64,000 nt of DNA from a bacterium (lineage in GTDB: Bacteria; UBA8248). This document shows positions 31,170-41,065 of the stretch, piece after piece. Below the pieces are notes generated by a model, which had not been told where the DNA came from, made no database searches, and saw only the letters and a program-made list of their open reading frames with translations. Both the position numbers and the translations under genes were made by a program. Where the stretch lies: NCBI GenBank assembly GCA_965219955.1, contig OZ244799.1, positions 1,504,001-1,568,000 on the forward strand. Direction: 5' to 3'. Numbering within the stretch: the stretch's first letter is position 1; each line of letters opens with the position of its first letter.

Positions 31170-31649
31170 TTAATAGGCGCGAAGCGGCGAGGTGACGAAC
31201 TCGTGCATGAACGGCGTCATGTATTCAGACTCGTCATCGTGCTTGGGCACGATGATCGCCCCCTTGTTGCAAATCTCCTCGCACAGACGGCAGCCGACGC
31301 ACGTGGACTGATCCACCACGGCCACCGCGCTGTGGTCGCGCTCCACCGAGGAGGGCGCCATGCGGATGCAGTCGAACGGGCAAACGTCCACGCACCAGAT
31401 GCAGCCCGTGCAGTTCTCCTCCAGCACGAACGCCTTGGGCATTTCCTTGTGCTTGATGTTCTTGATGATGTCGCCCGTATCGTCCTGAATGGAGTAGGCC
31501 GGGCAATACTTGCCGCACACGCCGCAGTCGATGCAGAGCGTGGGATCGATTTTGTAGATTTCGCGCGGCTCGCCCGTGATGGCTTTCGTGGGGCAGACGG
31601 GCTCGCACACGGAACACCCGATGCAAGCGTCGAAGATGAAATGCGGCAT
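31170..31649 (-). CDS. Polyferredoxin-like protein with four [4Fe-4S] motifs
   Basis: CIGCSVCEPVCP, CIDCGVCGKYCP, CTGCIWCVDVCP, CVGCRLCEEICN. Confidence 0.9.
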   Translation of the reverse strand: MPHFIFDACIGCSVCEPVCPTKAITGEPREIYKIDPTLCIDCGVCGKYCPAYSIQDDTGDIIKNIKHKEMPKAFVLEENCTGCIWCVDVCPFDCIRMAPSSVERDHSAVAVVDQSTCVGCRLCEEICNKGAIIVPKHDDESEYMTPFMHEFVTSPLRAY

Positions 31650-31891
31650 ATCTGCGCCTCTCGGATAATTCGATTCACAAAGGGCGACGCGCCGGATCTC
31701 CTCAGCACCTCCGGCGACATACTCTCGATATCAAAGGTATATCCATTCCGCGCGCCGGTTGTCAAGGCGTTTCGCCGGTGAAACAGCCGATATGCGGGAG
31801 CAAAACCCCTGATTCTCTTGCCCTCGGCCCGGATTTGCGTCAGAATAGCTGTGTTTCGTTTTACCGCCAATTCGAGAGAAAAGGATTCGAG

Positions 31892-32059
31892 ATGGAAAAT
31901 TTCCTGCTCATTCTGACGAAGCCCGACAACATCCCCATCGCGTTCATGATTCCCCTGGTGGCGTTTTTCGTCTGGCTGGCTATTTCTCAAGGTCTCAGGC
32001 ACGACAGGCTCATCAAGAAGGGGAAAAAAGACGACGTCTACGACGAGATGATCCGATAA
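31892..32059 (+). CDS. Small membrane protein (55 aa) with KPDNIPI motif; candidate accessory piece of the cytochrome b complex
   Basis: MENFLLILTKPDNIPIAFMIPLVAFFVWLAISQGLRHDRLIKKGKKDDVYDEMIR; AAGGA RBS; one TM. Confidence 0.7.
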   Translation: MENFLLILTKPDNIPIAFMIPLVAFFVWLAISQGLRHDRLIKKGKKDDVYDEMIR

Positions 32060-32183
32060 GCGCTTTGCTCATCCATCCGATCTCATACCTGAGCGTCAAT
32101 TTCCCCTGTGCATGGAACCATGAATCCTCCATGATCGGCCACGGCGCAACGCCTTCGTTCCCACCCATATTCTGGAAGCCGGC

Positions 32184-32696
32184 ATGCTAGAACTCATCTT
32201 CGTCGCGCTCTTCCTGGGGTTTATTACCATCCTGTTCGTCAAGCGAACGACCTCGAACATCGCGCTCGAAGCCGATGCCGAGCAAACCAGGAACGATTCT
32301 GAAATCGAATCCCTGCGCAAGCTGTCTCCCCAGGCGTTCGAGCGCATGCTCGTGGAGTTGCTCGAGGGCATGAACATGCGCATCGTCGAGATTCACTGGG
32401 TCAACGAGGAGGAAATCGATATCCTCGCGCACAACCCCGCGCCCATTCTCGGGGGCGACTACATCATCCACGGCATACTCGTGCCCGAGGGCGACTTCGT
32501 GAACTCGATACGGGTCATCGGCCTCTCCGACACCGTCCGCGCCGAAAGGGCGCTCAAGGGAATCCTGATATCGACGGGATATTTCACCGAAGAGGTGCAG
32601 AAATACTCCGAAGGCGCGCCCATGGAGCTCATCAACGTCTCGAAACTCCGCGAGATACTCCACGCCCACGACATGGCCTGGCCCGGTACGGAGTGA
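32184..32696 (+). CDS. Membrane-anchored Mrr_cat-like (restriction endonuclease fold) protein
   Basis: N-terminal TM; LSPQAFERML, EIDILA, KGILISTGYFT, MELIN. Confidence 0.7.
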   Translation: MLELIFVALFLGFITILFVKRTTSNIALEADAEQTRNDSEIESLRKLSPQAFERMLVELLEGMNMRIVEIHWVNEEEIDILAHNPAPILGGDYIIHGILVPEGDFVNSIRVIGLSDTVRAERALKGILISTGYFTEEVQKYSEGAPMELINVSKLREILHAHDMAWPGTE

Positions 32697-32841
32697 GGCG
32701 CAGTTCGGGGGAGACGCCTTCGGCCTTCGTCCGTGGATCGATGCTCATTGCTATGCTGATGCGAGACGGTTGAAATCAAGCAGCGGGCGAGAGTCAGGAG
32801 GGGTTCTCCACCCGAGATAAGATCGTTCAATGAACTCATGA

Positions 32842-33198
32842 ATCAATGGCCACCTCGGGGTCGAACAAATCGATTTGCTTTATGCGCACTATCTCGACCC
32901 GAATGCGCCAGTTGAGGAAATCGTCTCCGCAATGGCGGAAGCCGTTCAGGAGGGCAAGGCCAAAGCCATCGGCCTTTCTAACGTAACATCCGAAGAAATT
33001 ATTCAAGCAAATGAAATTTATGCGATTTCGGCGGTTCAATACGAGTACTCGTTATTTCGTCGCGAGGCTGAAACCGATATTTTGCCTGCCGTAAACCGTA
33101 TCGGCGCCGCGCTCGATATACGGTTAAGCGCCGAAACGCTGCGACAACTTGATTCGGTTGCTCCGGCAGGAGCATTTCAGGGAGCAACTCTGGTGTAG
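32842..33198 (+). pseudogene. Aldo/keto reductase remnant (5'-truncated, internally deleted)
   Basis: HLGVEQIDLLYAH, EGKAKAIGLSN and AVQYEYSL are followed directly by the C-terminal ALDIRLS..LD; upstream in-frame stop at 32839-32841. Confidence 0.75.
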
Positions 33199-33283
33199 TG
33201 TGCAGGAGGCACATACGGGAACATTGAAAAAGCCCCGGTTTTGCGATTCCGTATATTCCTACGACCGACCAATGAGGAAACAG

Positions 33284-33481
33284 TCACTCCCCCCTTGGGG
33301 GGGTGTTGAAAAAGCGTTGATGAACGAGGGTTTGACGTGAGTCGGGAGGGGACGATTTTTGTAGGGGCCGCATATATGCGGCCCTTGTAGTGGGTGAAAA
33401 TCTGGGTCGCATATATGCGACCCCTACACAAGCAAAATTTTCCCTCTCCAGGTTCTTCAACGGCCCTCAAGAGGGGAGTGA
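33284..33481. repeat. MITE-like element carrying a GTAG-type REP doublet
   Basis: TIRs GGGTGTTGAAAAAG / TTCTTCAACGGCCC enclose GTAGGGGCCGCATATATGCGGCCC and GGGTCGCATATATGCGACCCCTAC. Confidence 0.7.
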
Positions 33482-33609
33482 TTTCTTTCGAAGGTTTGTA
33501 GGGACAGGCCTCCGTGCCTGTCCTATATTGGGGCAAATATGGTTACGGGGGGCCGCCCCTACAACACACTCGCGTCAAACCATCGTCTTACATACCGCCA
33601 TAGCAACCT

Positions 33610-33820
33610 CACCCTGAGTAGCCGCCGAAGGTCAAACGCGATTGATGAATGAGCGTTTGTATCGAAGGGGCCTGTCCTTAGCCTGTCGAAGGCCGGAGGG
33701 AGTCGAACGCCTCGCACCGGGCAGCGCAATCGCTTCCGCATTGGGCGCGATTGACCTTCGATATGCGGCTTCGCCGCTACTCAGGATGAAGCGGAGAGGA
33801 GGCTTTTTCAACAACCCCTT
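33610..33820. repeat. Inverted pair of the CCTGAGTAGC...TATCGAAGG repeat family
   Basis: Related copies near 37411-37444, 40641-40675, 40717-40751 and 63452-63486. Confidence 0.65.
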
Positions 33821-34005
33821 GAGGGTCGGGCTTCCTCCTCGGGAAGCTCGACACCGCGGCTTTCCCGCTCCGTCGGGATCAAACGTGATTGACAACACAA
33901 ATCAATACGAATAGCATATTCCATAACATTGAATGTAAGTTAATTGATTCGAATTAATTGAATTCGAACCTTTAACAGCAAGAAACTATGTTGAGGTATC
34001 TAGCC

Positions 34006-34431
34006 ATGAAAATACTTGTGATTGCACTACTACCTTTCTTGGCATTTGCGGGAAATCCTGCCCTCGCTGATGAAGCATCACCAGAGAACTCACAGAAAAC
34101 GCCTTATTGCAACTACATTGTAGGGCTTGCGTCCAGGGGTGATTTCGTTGACTGCGAGAGCCGCCACCGCAACAATGAAGGATGTCTCCGCTGGGCACGT
34201 GAGAGAGGAACATGGCTTGAAAATAATATTGGTGCGCGTTGTGGGCAATGGGTGCGCCAGGCCAATAGCCCCGGTGGCAGATGTCGATCCCGCGGCAAGA
34301 AGGCCCAGGTACTTTATCACATACATAGAGGGCACCCGTGTACTTATGACATGGGATGCACTGGCCGCGACGGTAAACCACCGCCTCATGACCATTGGGA
34401 GAGTGTGCATTTCCAAGTCGTTTGTCGCTAG
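34006..34431 (+). CDS. Small secreted cysteine-rich hypothetical protein
   Basis: Signal peptide MKILVIALLPFLAFAGNPALA; 8 Cys in the mature part; lower-GC context; alternative ATG at 33988. Confidence 0.7.
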   Translation: MKILVIALLPFLAFAGNPALADEASPENSQKTPYCNYIVGLASRGDFVDCESRHRNNEGCLRWARERGTWLENNIGARCGQWVRQANSPGGRCRSRGKKAQVLYHIHRGHPCTYDMGCTGRDGKPPPHDHWESVHFQVVCR

Positions 34432-34691
34432 ACGGTGCGGTCAGCATAGAATGTCGCTTGTTTGCTCTTCACTCTATTGAATTGGTCAACTTTGTTTTGT
34501 AACTACGTAGATGGGCTTGCTCTTGATATTGTACCATCTGCCACTTGATAGCATACCTGCTCAGCTAGTTATCACTTAAAATTTGACGACTTTACTCACT
34601 CCCTCTTCTTTGAAACGGTCGTTCGGCACCATTCTCACGCCTTACCGTGGCCAGACTACTTCCACATCGTGATGTACTAAATACCCCAACG

Positions 34692-34726
34692 AAAAAAAAC
34701 CGCCTCCCTGCCCGGGAAGCGGTTTC
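34692..34726 (-). terminator. Rho-independent terminator of the Rieske-petB-petD operon
   Basis: Minus strand AAACCGCTTCCC-loop-GGGAGGCGG followed by a T run. Confidence 0.75.
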
Positions 34727-34772
34727 ATAATTTTCGAAGCAATTAACTTTTTAGTTTCGTATCCGAAATCCC

Positions 34773-34880
34773 TTAGACCAGCAGGTAAATCACCCCCGAG
34801 ACGACGATCAGGGCGAGGGCGGCCACCTTCACGCCGCAGGCGTCCCACCAGAGATGTTTTCGCTGTCTGTCCTGAACCAT
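34773..34880 (-). CDS. 35-aa single-TM microprotein at the end of the pet operon (not in ORF track)
   Basis: MVQDRQRKHLWWDACGVKVAALALIVVSGVIYLLV; GGAG RBS; lies between the petD stop and the terminator. Confidence 0.6.
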   Translation of the reverse strand: MVQDRQRKHLWWDACGVKVAALALIVVSGVIYLLV

Positions 34881-34907
34881 CTTCTCCGCTCGGGTTAAGA
34901 AAAAAAC

Positions 34908-35687
34908 CTAGATGTTGAACCAGGGCGTGACGAGCACGTATTTGACGTTGAGCCCGATGCGCAGGACCATTTTCGCCACGATACCCATCATCGTCATGTT
35001 GAGCGACGCCTTGATGAGATAGCGCACCAGACCTACGTTCTTCATGCGCTCGCGCCGCCAGATATAATACGCCGGTATGGTGGCGTACCAGAGCAGGATT
35101 AGCACCGTACCGCACGCCGCCTGGCCCCAGTAGCTCCTGAATCCGAGCATATAGGGCAGGTCCACGTTCGTCAGGGCCACGACCTTGTGCGGGTCCCAGT
35201 ACTCCCAAGGCATGAAGAAGTTCCACCCCGGCCCGCGCAGGAAGGTTCCCTGCACCACCATCCACACCCACAGGACCAGAAATCCGAACAGGAAGGTGAA
35301 GATGGCGAATCTGCGTTCGTGGAAAGTGTAGTAGCCGTTCCCCTTGGGGTTCACGTCGATGAAGGGGATGGCCATCAGGCCCACGATGATGAGGGTGGGC
35401 AGCACGACGCCCGCCATCCACGGGTCGAAATAGACGAGCAACTCCTGAAGGCCCAGGAAATACCACGGCGCCTTCGAGGGGTTCGGCGTGACGGAAGGGT
35501 TCGCGGGCTCTTCGAGCGGCGCGTCGATCACGATGGACCACACCACCAAAAATATGGTGATGATGATCGCGCACATGAACTCGAGGCGCGTGAGGTAGGG
35601 CCACACGTGAACCTTGTCGTTCACCCGCTCCCAACTCGTCTTGGCCATCTCATCGGCAGAGCCGACTACCTTGTCTTCCTTCGCCAA
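34908..35687 (-). CDS. petD: Cytochrome b6 subunit IV-like protein
   Basis: [29 protein letters not shown] (PEWY equivalent), IPFID. Confidence 0.8.
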   Translation of the reverse strand: MAKEDKVVGSADEMAKTSWERVNDKVHVWPYLTRLEFMCAIIITIFLVVWSIVIDAPLEEPANPSVTPNPSKAPWYFLGLQELLVYFDPWMAGVVLPTLIIVGLMAIPFIDVNPKGNGYYTFHERRFAIFTFLFGFLVLWVWMVVQGTFLRGPGWNFFMPWEYWDPHKVVALTNVDLPYMLGFRSYWGQAACGTVLILLWYATIPAYYIWRRERMKNVGLVRYLIKASLNMTMMGIVAKMVLRIGLNVKYVLVTPWFNI

Positions 35688-35719
35688 TGTTCTCGCCCTT
35701 CTCTTTTATGCCCTCAAGA

Positions 35720-36508
35720 CTACAAAGGACCCGAGATGCCGCCGTCTTTTCGGATTCTCCAGAAATGCACCATCATCAGAATCGCCGCTATCAGAGGAAC
35801 GACGATGCAATGCAGCACGTAGAAGCGCAACAGCGTGGGCGGACCCACGATGGTTCCGCCCAGAAGTGCGGAGCGCGCGTCGAAGCGCGGCGTCACGCCC
35901 ACCATTTCGGCGAACGGGCCCTCGGACCCCAGCAGAGGCGTGGCCCGCGCCATGTTGGTTCCCACCGTCACCGCCCAGATGGCAAGCTGATCCCAGGGGA
36001 GCAGATAGCCGGTAAAGCTGAGCAGGAGGGTGAGCGTGAGCAGCAGCACCCCGATGACCCAGTTGAACTCGCGCGGCGGCTTGTAGGAGCCCGTCATGAA
36101 GACGCGCAGCATGTGCAGCCACACGGCGATGACCATCGCGTGCGCCGCCCAGCGGTGCATGTTTCGCATGAACATGCCGAAGGGGGCGTCGAATTCGAGA
36201 TACTTGATGTCGGCGTAGGCGTATTCGCCCACGGGCCGGTAGTAGAACATCAGGACTACGCCGGTGACGACGAGGTAGAGGAACAGCAGGAACGTCACCC
36301 CGCCCATGCACCACGTGAAACGGATGCGGATGGCGTGGCGCCTGATTTTCGTGGGATGCAGGTGCAGCCAGAGGTTGTCCACGACCATGAGAACGCGGTT
36401 TCTCGGCGTATCCTCATACCCGTGACGGAACATCGACCTCCACACCTGGGAGTCGAGCACACTGCGTTTCACCTGGTCCAGGTTCAAGCGTTCTTTCAAA
36501 CTCGGCAT
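35720..36508 (-). CDS. petB: Cytochrome b6-type N-terminal subunit
   Basis: [56 protein letters not shown]. Confidence 0.9.
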   Translation of the reverse strand: MPSLKERLNLDQVKRSVLDSQVWRSMFRHGYEDTPRNRVLMVVDNLWLHLHPTKIRRHAIRIRFTWCMGGVTFLLFLYLVVTGVVLMFYYRPVGEYAYADIKYLEFDAPFGMFMRNMHRWAAHAMVIAVWLHMLRVFMTGSYKPPREFNWVIGVLLLTLTLLLSFTGYLLPWDQLAIWAVTVGTNMARATPLLGSEGPFAEMVGVTPRFDARSALLGGTIVGPPTLLRFYVLHCIVVPLIAAILMMVHFWRIRKDGGISGPL

Positions 36509-36551
36509 CTAAAAACCCCCACGTCCTCGCATCGAACGAACATATAAGCTC

Positions 36552-37106
36552 TTACGTAAAGAGAAAAGCGCCCGGGTCGTCCCATTGCCCTTTCTCGTGG
36601 AGAAACAGCTTGCCCTTGTCGATAATCAGCTGCCCATCCTCGGCCAGGCCGATTTTCAGCCTCTCGAGCGGCCTGGGCGCCGGACCCTCGAAGTTGATGC
36701 CGGAGCGGCGGAATCCGCTCCCGTGGCACGGGCACTTGAACTTGTCCTCGGAGCCCAGGTACTTCGGCGTGCATCCCAAGTGGGTGCATATCGCGCTCAG
36801 GGCGTAGAAGCCGTTCTCCTCGCGGATGATCCACACGCGCTCGCTGTTCACGTAGCGGGTGTCCACCACGCCCACGGCGTAGTCCGCCGGGTCGCCCGCC
36901 TTGAACTCGGTGGGCGGTTCGAACAGAACGCGCGGGAACATGAAGCGCAGGAAACCGATCAGCGCGACGTTGATGGCGCCCAGGATGCCGAGCCACCCCG
37001 TGTAGTTCATGAACCGCCTGCGGTCGATGAACGGCTTTTTCTCTTTCGCCTCCTCCTCGTAATCGGCAGGCAGCTTCACCGGAGGAGCTTTCAAGCGAGT
37101 GTTCAT
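36552..37106 (-). CDS. petC: Rieske iron-sulfur subunit
   Basis: Tat-like DRRRFM, CTHLGC, CPCHGS, GPAPRPL. Confidence 0.9.
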   Translation of the reverse strand: MNTRLKAPPVKLPADYEEEAKEKKPFIDRRRFMNYTGWLGILGAINVALIGFLRFMFPRVLFEPPTEFKAGDPADYAVGVVDTRYVNSERVWIIREENGFYALSAICTHLGCTPKYLGSEDKFKCPCHGSGFRRSGINFEGPAPRPLERLKIGLAEDGQLIIDKGKLFLHEKGQWDDPGAFLFT

Positions 37107-37307
37107 GAGGATCCTACACTCCTGTTCTGAGACTCGAACCAACTTTCGACTTCACTCATCCCGCGCCTGTCAGATGCCAAGCGTCGCACGGATGCATTAT
37201 CCCCCATCACGACGGATAATGAAACCGATGCGCTTGGTTTCGCCACGGGCGGCGCATGGCCTCGCCGGACGCCGAGACCATAGGGATTTAAGCTGTTGCC
37301 AAGGTTC

Positions 37308-37336
37308 TTATTACGGACGAAAGCACCTCGTGTCAA
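37308..37336 (-). promoter_or_regulatory. Putative sigma70 promoter of the pet operon
   Basis: Minus strand TTGACA, 17 nt, TAATAA; implies a leader of about 200 nt. Confidence 0.55.
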
Positions 37337-37713
37337 GGGCGGATGCGCGTTTCTCGCCGGATAGCGGGAGATTCAAGGCGAGGGGCTCGCACCGGGACGA
37401 AAAGACATCCTTCGATACGCGGCTCCGCCGCTACTCAGGATGAGGCGGTGCGGTTTTGTTCGTCATTCCGGTGTCGGAGCCGACCAAGGCGGGAGGGTTC
37501 GACGGAATCCATTTGTTCTGCCTTTGTTTTTTCCTGATTGGTTCCCGTCAATGACCGGGGAGGTAAAAAACCGGCGTATTGTCATTCTGCTTGAGAATGG
37601 ATTCCGGCTTTCGCCGGAATGACGGTTGTCCTGGCGTTGTAAGGGCGGTTCGCGAACCGCCCCTACGGGAATCTGCGCCAATCGAAAAGAGGCGCAATCA
37701 AGTATCACTACAT

Positions 37714-38706
37714 TTACAACCCCGCCCTGTTGTTCTCCCTGACGGCGCGGTTCACCACGTTCACGGGCCACTCGCCCGAGAGAACGCGGCGCACTTCGTT
37801 AGGAGCGCCCTGTTGTAAGCCCACCATGGACTCCTCGCTGTACCAGGCCGCGTGGGGGTTGATGATGACGTTCTCACGACCCCTCAAGGGGTGCGGGTCG
37901 GGCAGGGGCTCGGGGTCGGTCGTATCGAGAGCGCAGCCCGCGATTTCGCCGGAATCGAGCGCGCGCACGAGCGCATCGGTATCGATGATGGGACCCCGCG
38001 AGCAGTTGACGATGACGGCGGTGCTCTTCATCTGCGCGAAGGCTGCATCATTCATCATCCCGCGCGTCTGTGGGATGAGCGGCGGATGGATGGAGACGAA
38101 ATCGGACTCGGCGTACATATCCGCCAGCTCATCCACCTTTTCTCCGGGCGCATCGAACTGGCCCTGCTCCACGAAGGGGTCGTTGAAGAGCACCCGCATC
38201 CCGAACGAAGCGGCGCGGACGGCCACCATGCGGGCGATGTTCCCGAAGCCCACCAGCCCCAGCGTCGCGCCCACCAGGCGGAACATCGGCTTGCCCGGCG
38301 GCACCGCCCATTCGCCCGCGCGCACCCGGCGATCGTAAAACGCCACCTTCCTCGCCGATGCGAGCAGGAGCGCCATCGTGTGCTCGGCGACCTCCTCGAT
38401 GCAGTAGGTGGGGTTGTTCGTGACGATGATGCCCGCCTCGGTGGCGGCGTCCAGGTCGATGGTGTCCACGCCGATGCCGTAGCGCGCGATGATCTTGCAG
38501 TTCGGCATCCCCGCCATGTCCTCTTTGGTGATGGGGCCGGCGTAGGTGTTCAGTATGGCTTCGCAATCGGCGGCTTCCGCCAGAAATTCCGCAGGCGTCT
38601 TCGTCTGCATGGCGACGATGTCGGCCAGCTCTCCCAGAATCTCGTTCTCCACGTCCAGCGACTCCCAGACGTAATCGGTCAGGACGACTTTCGCCTTGTC
38701 CGGCAT
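37714..38706 (-). CDS. D-2-hydroxyacid dehydrogenase (CtBP-like subfamily)
   Basis: RYGIGVDTID, YCIEEVAEH, GLVGFGNI, VNCSRG, PHAAWYS. Confidence 0.92.
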   Translation of the reverse strand: MPDKAKVVLTDYVWESLDVENEILGELADIVAMQTKTPAEFLAEAADCEAILNTYAGPITKEDMAGMPNCKIIARYGIGVDTIDLDAATEAGIIVTNNPTYCIEEVAEHTMALLLASARKVAFYDRRVRAGEWAVPPGKPMFRLVGATLGLVGFGNIARMVAVRAASFGMRVLFNDPFVEQGQFDAPGEKVDELADMYAESDFVSIHPPLIPQTRGMMNDAAFAQMKSTAVIVNCSRGPIIDTDALVRALDSGEIAGCALDTTDPEPLPDPHPLRGRENVIINPHAAWYSEESMVGLQQGAPNEVRRVLSGEWPVNVVNRAVRENNRAGL

Positions 38707-38880
38707 GTTGTTCCCCTTTTGTTGGTTTCCATGATGGCTCAGAAAATTTACTGCGCGATGCTATCCCACGGGCATAAGGGAATCAAGGCTTTGGGCCGTA
38801 TTCCTTGACCGCGGAATTACGCTGTAATAGCCTTTTTCGTGGTTTCCCGCTTTTCGTGGTTTCCCTCTTGAGGAGAGCGC

Positions 38881-39447
38881 ATGGCCGACATCGACTCGTT
38901 CAGGCTTAAGCCCGAAGACTGCCTCCTGCTCATCGTCGACGCGCAGGAGCGGCTCATGTCCGCCATGAGGGAGGACGTGCGCGCGCAGGTCGTCGGGCGC
39001 ATCCTGACCCTGGCGGAGGCGGCGGCGCGCCTCGATTTCCCGGTCCTCGTCACCGAGCAATACCCAAAGGGACTCGGCCCCACCCTCCCCGAGGTGGCGG
39101 AGAAAGTGCCCGGGTTCGCCCCCATCGAGAAAATCTCGTTCAGCTGCTGCGCTGAGGAGACGTTCCTGCCGCGCCTGCACGAGACGGGCCGGACGAAAAT
39201 ACTGCTCACGGGTGCGGAGACGCACGTGTGCTGCTACCAGACGGCGCTCGACCTGCTCGATAACGGCTTCATCGTCCACGCGGTGGCCGACGCCACCTGT
39301 TCGCGCTCGAAGCTGAACTGGCGGACGGGGCTCTCGGCTCTCGAGCGCGCGGGCGCCATCCCCGCCACGACCGAGCAGGCGCTCTTCGATCTCCTCCGCG
39401 TGGCGGGCACCGAGGATTTCAAATTCCTCTCGAAACTGATACGCTGA
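38881..39447 (+). CDS. Isochorismatase/YcaC-like hydrolase
   Basis: VDAQERL, TEQYPKGLGPT, KISFSC, GAETHVCCYQT. Confidence 0.9.
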   Translation: MADIDSFRLKPEDCLLLIVDAQERLMSAMREDVRAQVVGRILTLAEAAARLDFPVLVTEQYPKGLGPTLPEVAEKVPGFAPIEKISFSCCAEETFLPRLHETGRTKILLTGAETHVCCYQTALDLLDNGFIVHAVADATCSRSKLNWRTGLSALERAGAIPATTEQALFDLLRVAGTEDFKFLSKLIR

Positions 39448-39500
39448 AACCCACGCCCACCTGCAACGCTTCGCACGCCCCGAGGAAGGATTCGCCGCAA

Positions 39501-40595
39501 ATGGCGTCAGCATCTTCAAAAACGAGCGTCGGCGTCGTGTTCGGCGGCCGCTCGACCGAGCACGAGGTGAGCCGCAACTCGGGCCGGGCCATCATGGCCG
39601 AGCTCGACAGTGAGAAATACGACGTCCACCCCATTCTCATCACGAAATCGGGCAGTTGGATCGCCCTCCCCCATCCCGACGCGTCACCCGAAGACGGTGA
39701 TGAGGTTCTCTTCTCGGGCACGCCGGGCGGAGCGCCGCTGAGATACGCCGGGAGCGGTGAACGCCTCGGGGTCGACGTATACTTCCCCATCATCCACGGC
39801 ACCTTCGGGGAGGACGGCACGCTGCAGGGCCTGTTCGAGCTGGCGGAGGCGCCCTTCGTGGGTTCGGGGTGCACGTCTTCGGCCGTCACGATGGACAAGG
39901 CCATCGCCAAGGCGGTGCTGCGCGGAGCAGGACTGCCCGTCCTGCCTTCCCTCACGCTGTTCCCGGAAACCTGGGAGGCGGACCGCGGCGCCGTCTCGGA
40001 GGAGGCGGCATCGAAGATCGGCTTTCCCCTCTTCGTCAAACCCTCCTCTTCGGGCAGCAGCGTCGGCGTCCACCTGGTGGAGAGTCCCGATGAACTTCAA
40101 GACGCCGTCGCCGACGCCTTCCGGTTCGATGCCAAGGTCCTGATTGAGGAACACGCGCAGGGCCGCGAACTGGAGTGTTCCGTGCTCGAAGGCCCCGCGC
40201 CCGGCGAATTCCTCGCCAGCCCCCTCATGGAGATCACGACGCGTTCGGGGTGGTACGACTACGAGGCGAAATACGAGGAAGGCCGCGCAGAGTTGATCAT
40301 CCCCGCGCCCGTGGAGGAATCCCTCGCCGATCACGCCCGCCTCTACGCGCGGAGCGCGTTCCGCGCGCTGGGCTGCTCTGGACTCGCCCGCGTGGATTTC
40401 TTCTACCGCGAGCGTACGGGCGAACTCTACATCAACGAGGTGAACACCCTGCCCGGCTTCACCCAGTTGAGCGGATATCCCCGCATGATACAGGCGGCGG
40501 GCGTCTCCTACCCCGAAATGCTGGATCGCTTGATCGCCTGCGCGATGGCGCGCCACGAGAAACTCAGGTCAAGAGAATACGACAGAAACGCCTGA
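39501..40595 (+). CDS. ddl: D-alanine--D-alanine ligase
   Basis: FGGRSTEHEVS, HGTFGEDGTLQG, MDK, FVKP..SGSSVG, YDYEAKY, NEVNTLPGFT. Confidence 0.95.
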   Translation: MASASSKTSVGVVFGGRSTEHEVSRNSGRAIMAELDSEKYDVHPILITKSGSWIALPHPDASPEDGDEVLFSGTPGGAPLRYAGSGERLGVDVYFPIIHGTFGEDGTLQGLFELAEAPFVGSGCTSSAVTMDKAIAKAVLRGAGLPVLPSLTLFPETWEADRGAVSEEAASKIGFPLFVKPSSSGSSVGVHLVESPDELQDAVADAFRFDAKVLIEEHAQGRELECSVLEGPAPGEFLASPLMEITTRSGWYDYEAKYEEGRAELIIPAPVEESLADHARLYARSAFRALGCSGLARVDFFYRERTGELYINEVNTLPGFTQLSGYPRMIQAAGVSYPEMLDRLIACAMARHEKLRSREYDRNA

Positions 40596-40612
40596 CGAAC
40601 ATTGTATTACCC

Positions 40613-41062
40613 GGGAGTGTCGAAAAAGTCATCGCCGCCTCATCCTGAGTAGCGGCGGAGCCGCGTATCGAAGGATGCCCTCTCGCCCGACGCGAGGCGT
40701 TCGGCTTTCCTCGCCCTTCGATACGCCGCCTTCGGCGGCTACTCAGGGTGAGGAAAGAGGCATTGACGGTTTGCGGGGGTCGTAGACGAGGGCTTTTTCA
40801 ACAGGCCCGACAAGGGGGGTTGGTTTTCAAGGCGAGGGAGGGCGGGTGAAGAATTCCAATCCTCCCCCGGCACAGGAGCCACGGACAGGCACAGGGGCCT
40901 GTCCCTACGAAAACCACGCGCTTCGAAACGAACCCGTAGGGGCGGGCCTCCGTGCCCGCCCGTTGTTGATATACGACCCGGAGACGCAGGACAGGCACGG
41001 AGGCCTGTCCCTACAAACCTTCTGCCGGCAGGATTCCCATACCGACTCTTTCAACACTCCCT
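40613..41062. repeat. Tandem MITE/REP mosaic between convergent genes
   Basis: GTCGAAAAAG ... CTTTTTCAACAGGCCC encloses a CTGAGTAGC doublet; three GTAG-type palindromes follow (about 40882, 40935, 40989). Confidence 0.7.
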
Positions 41063-41065
41063 CCG

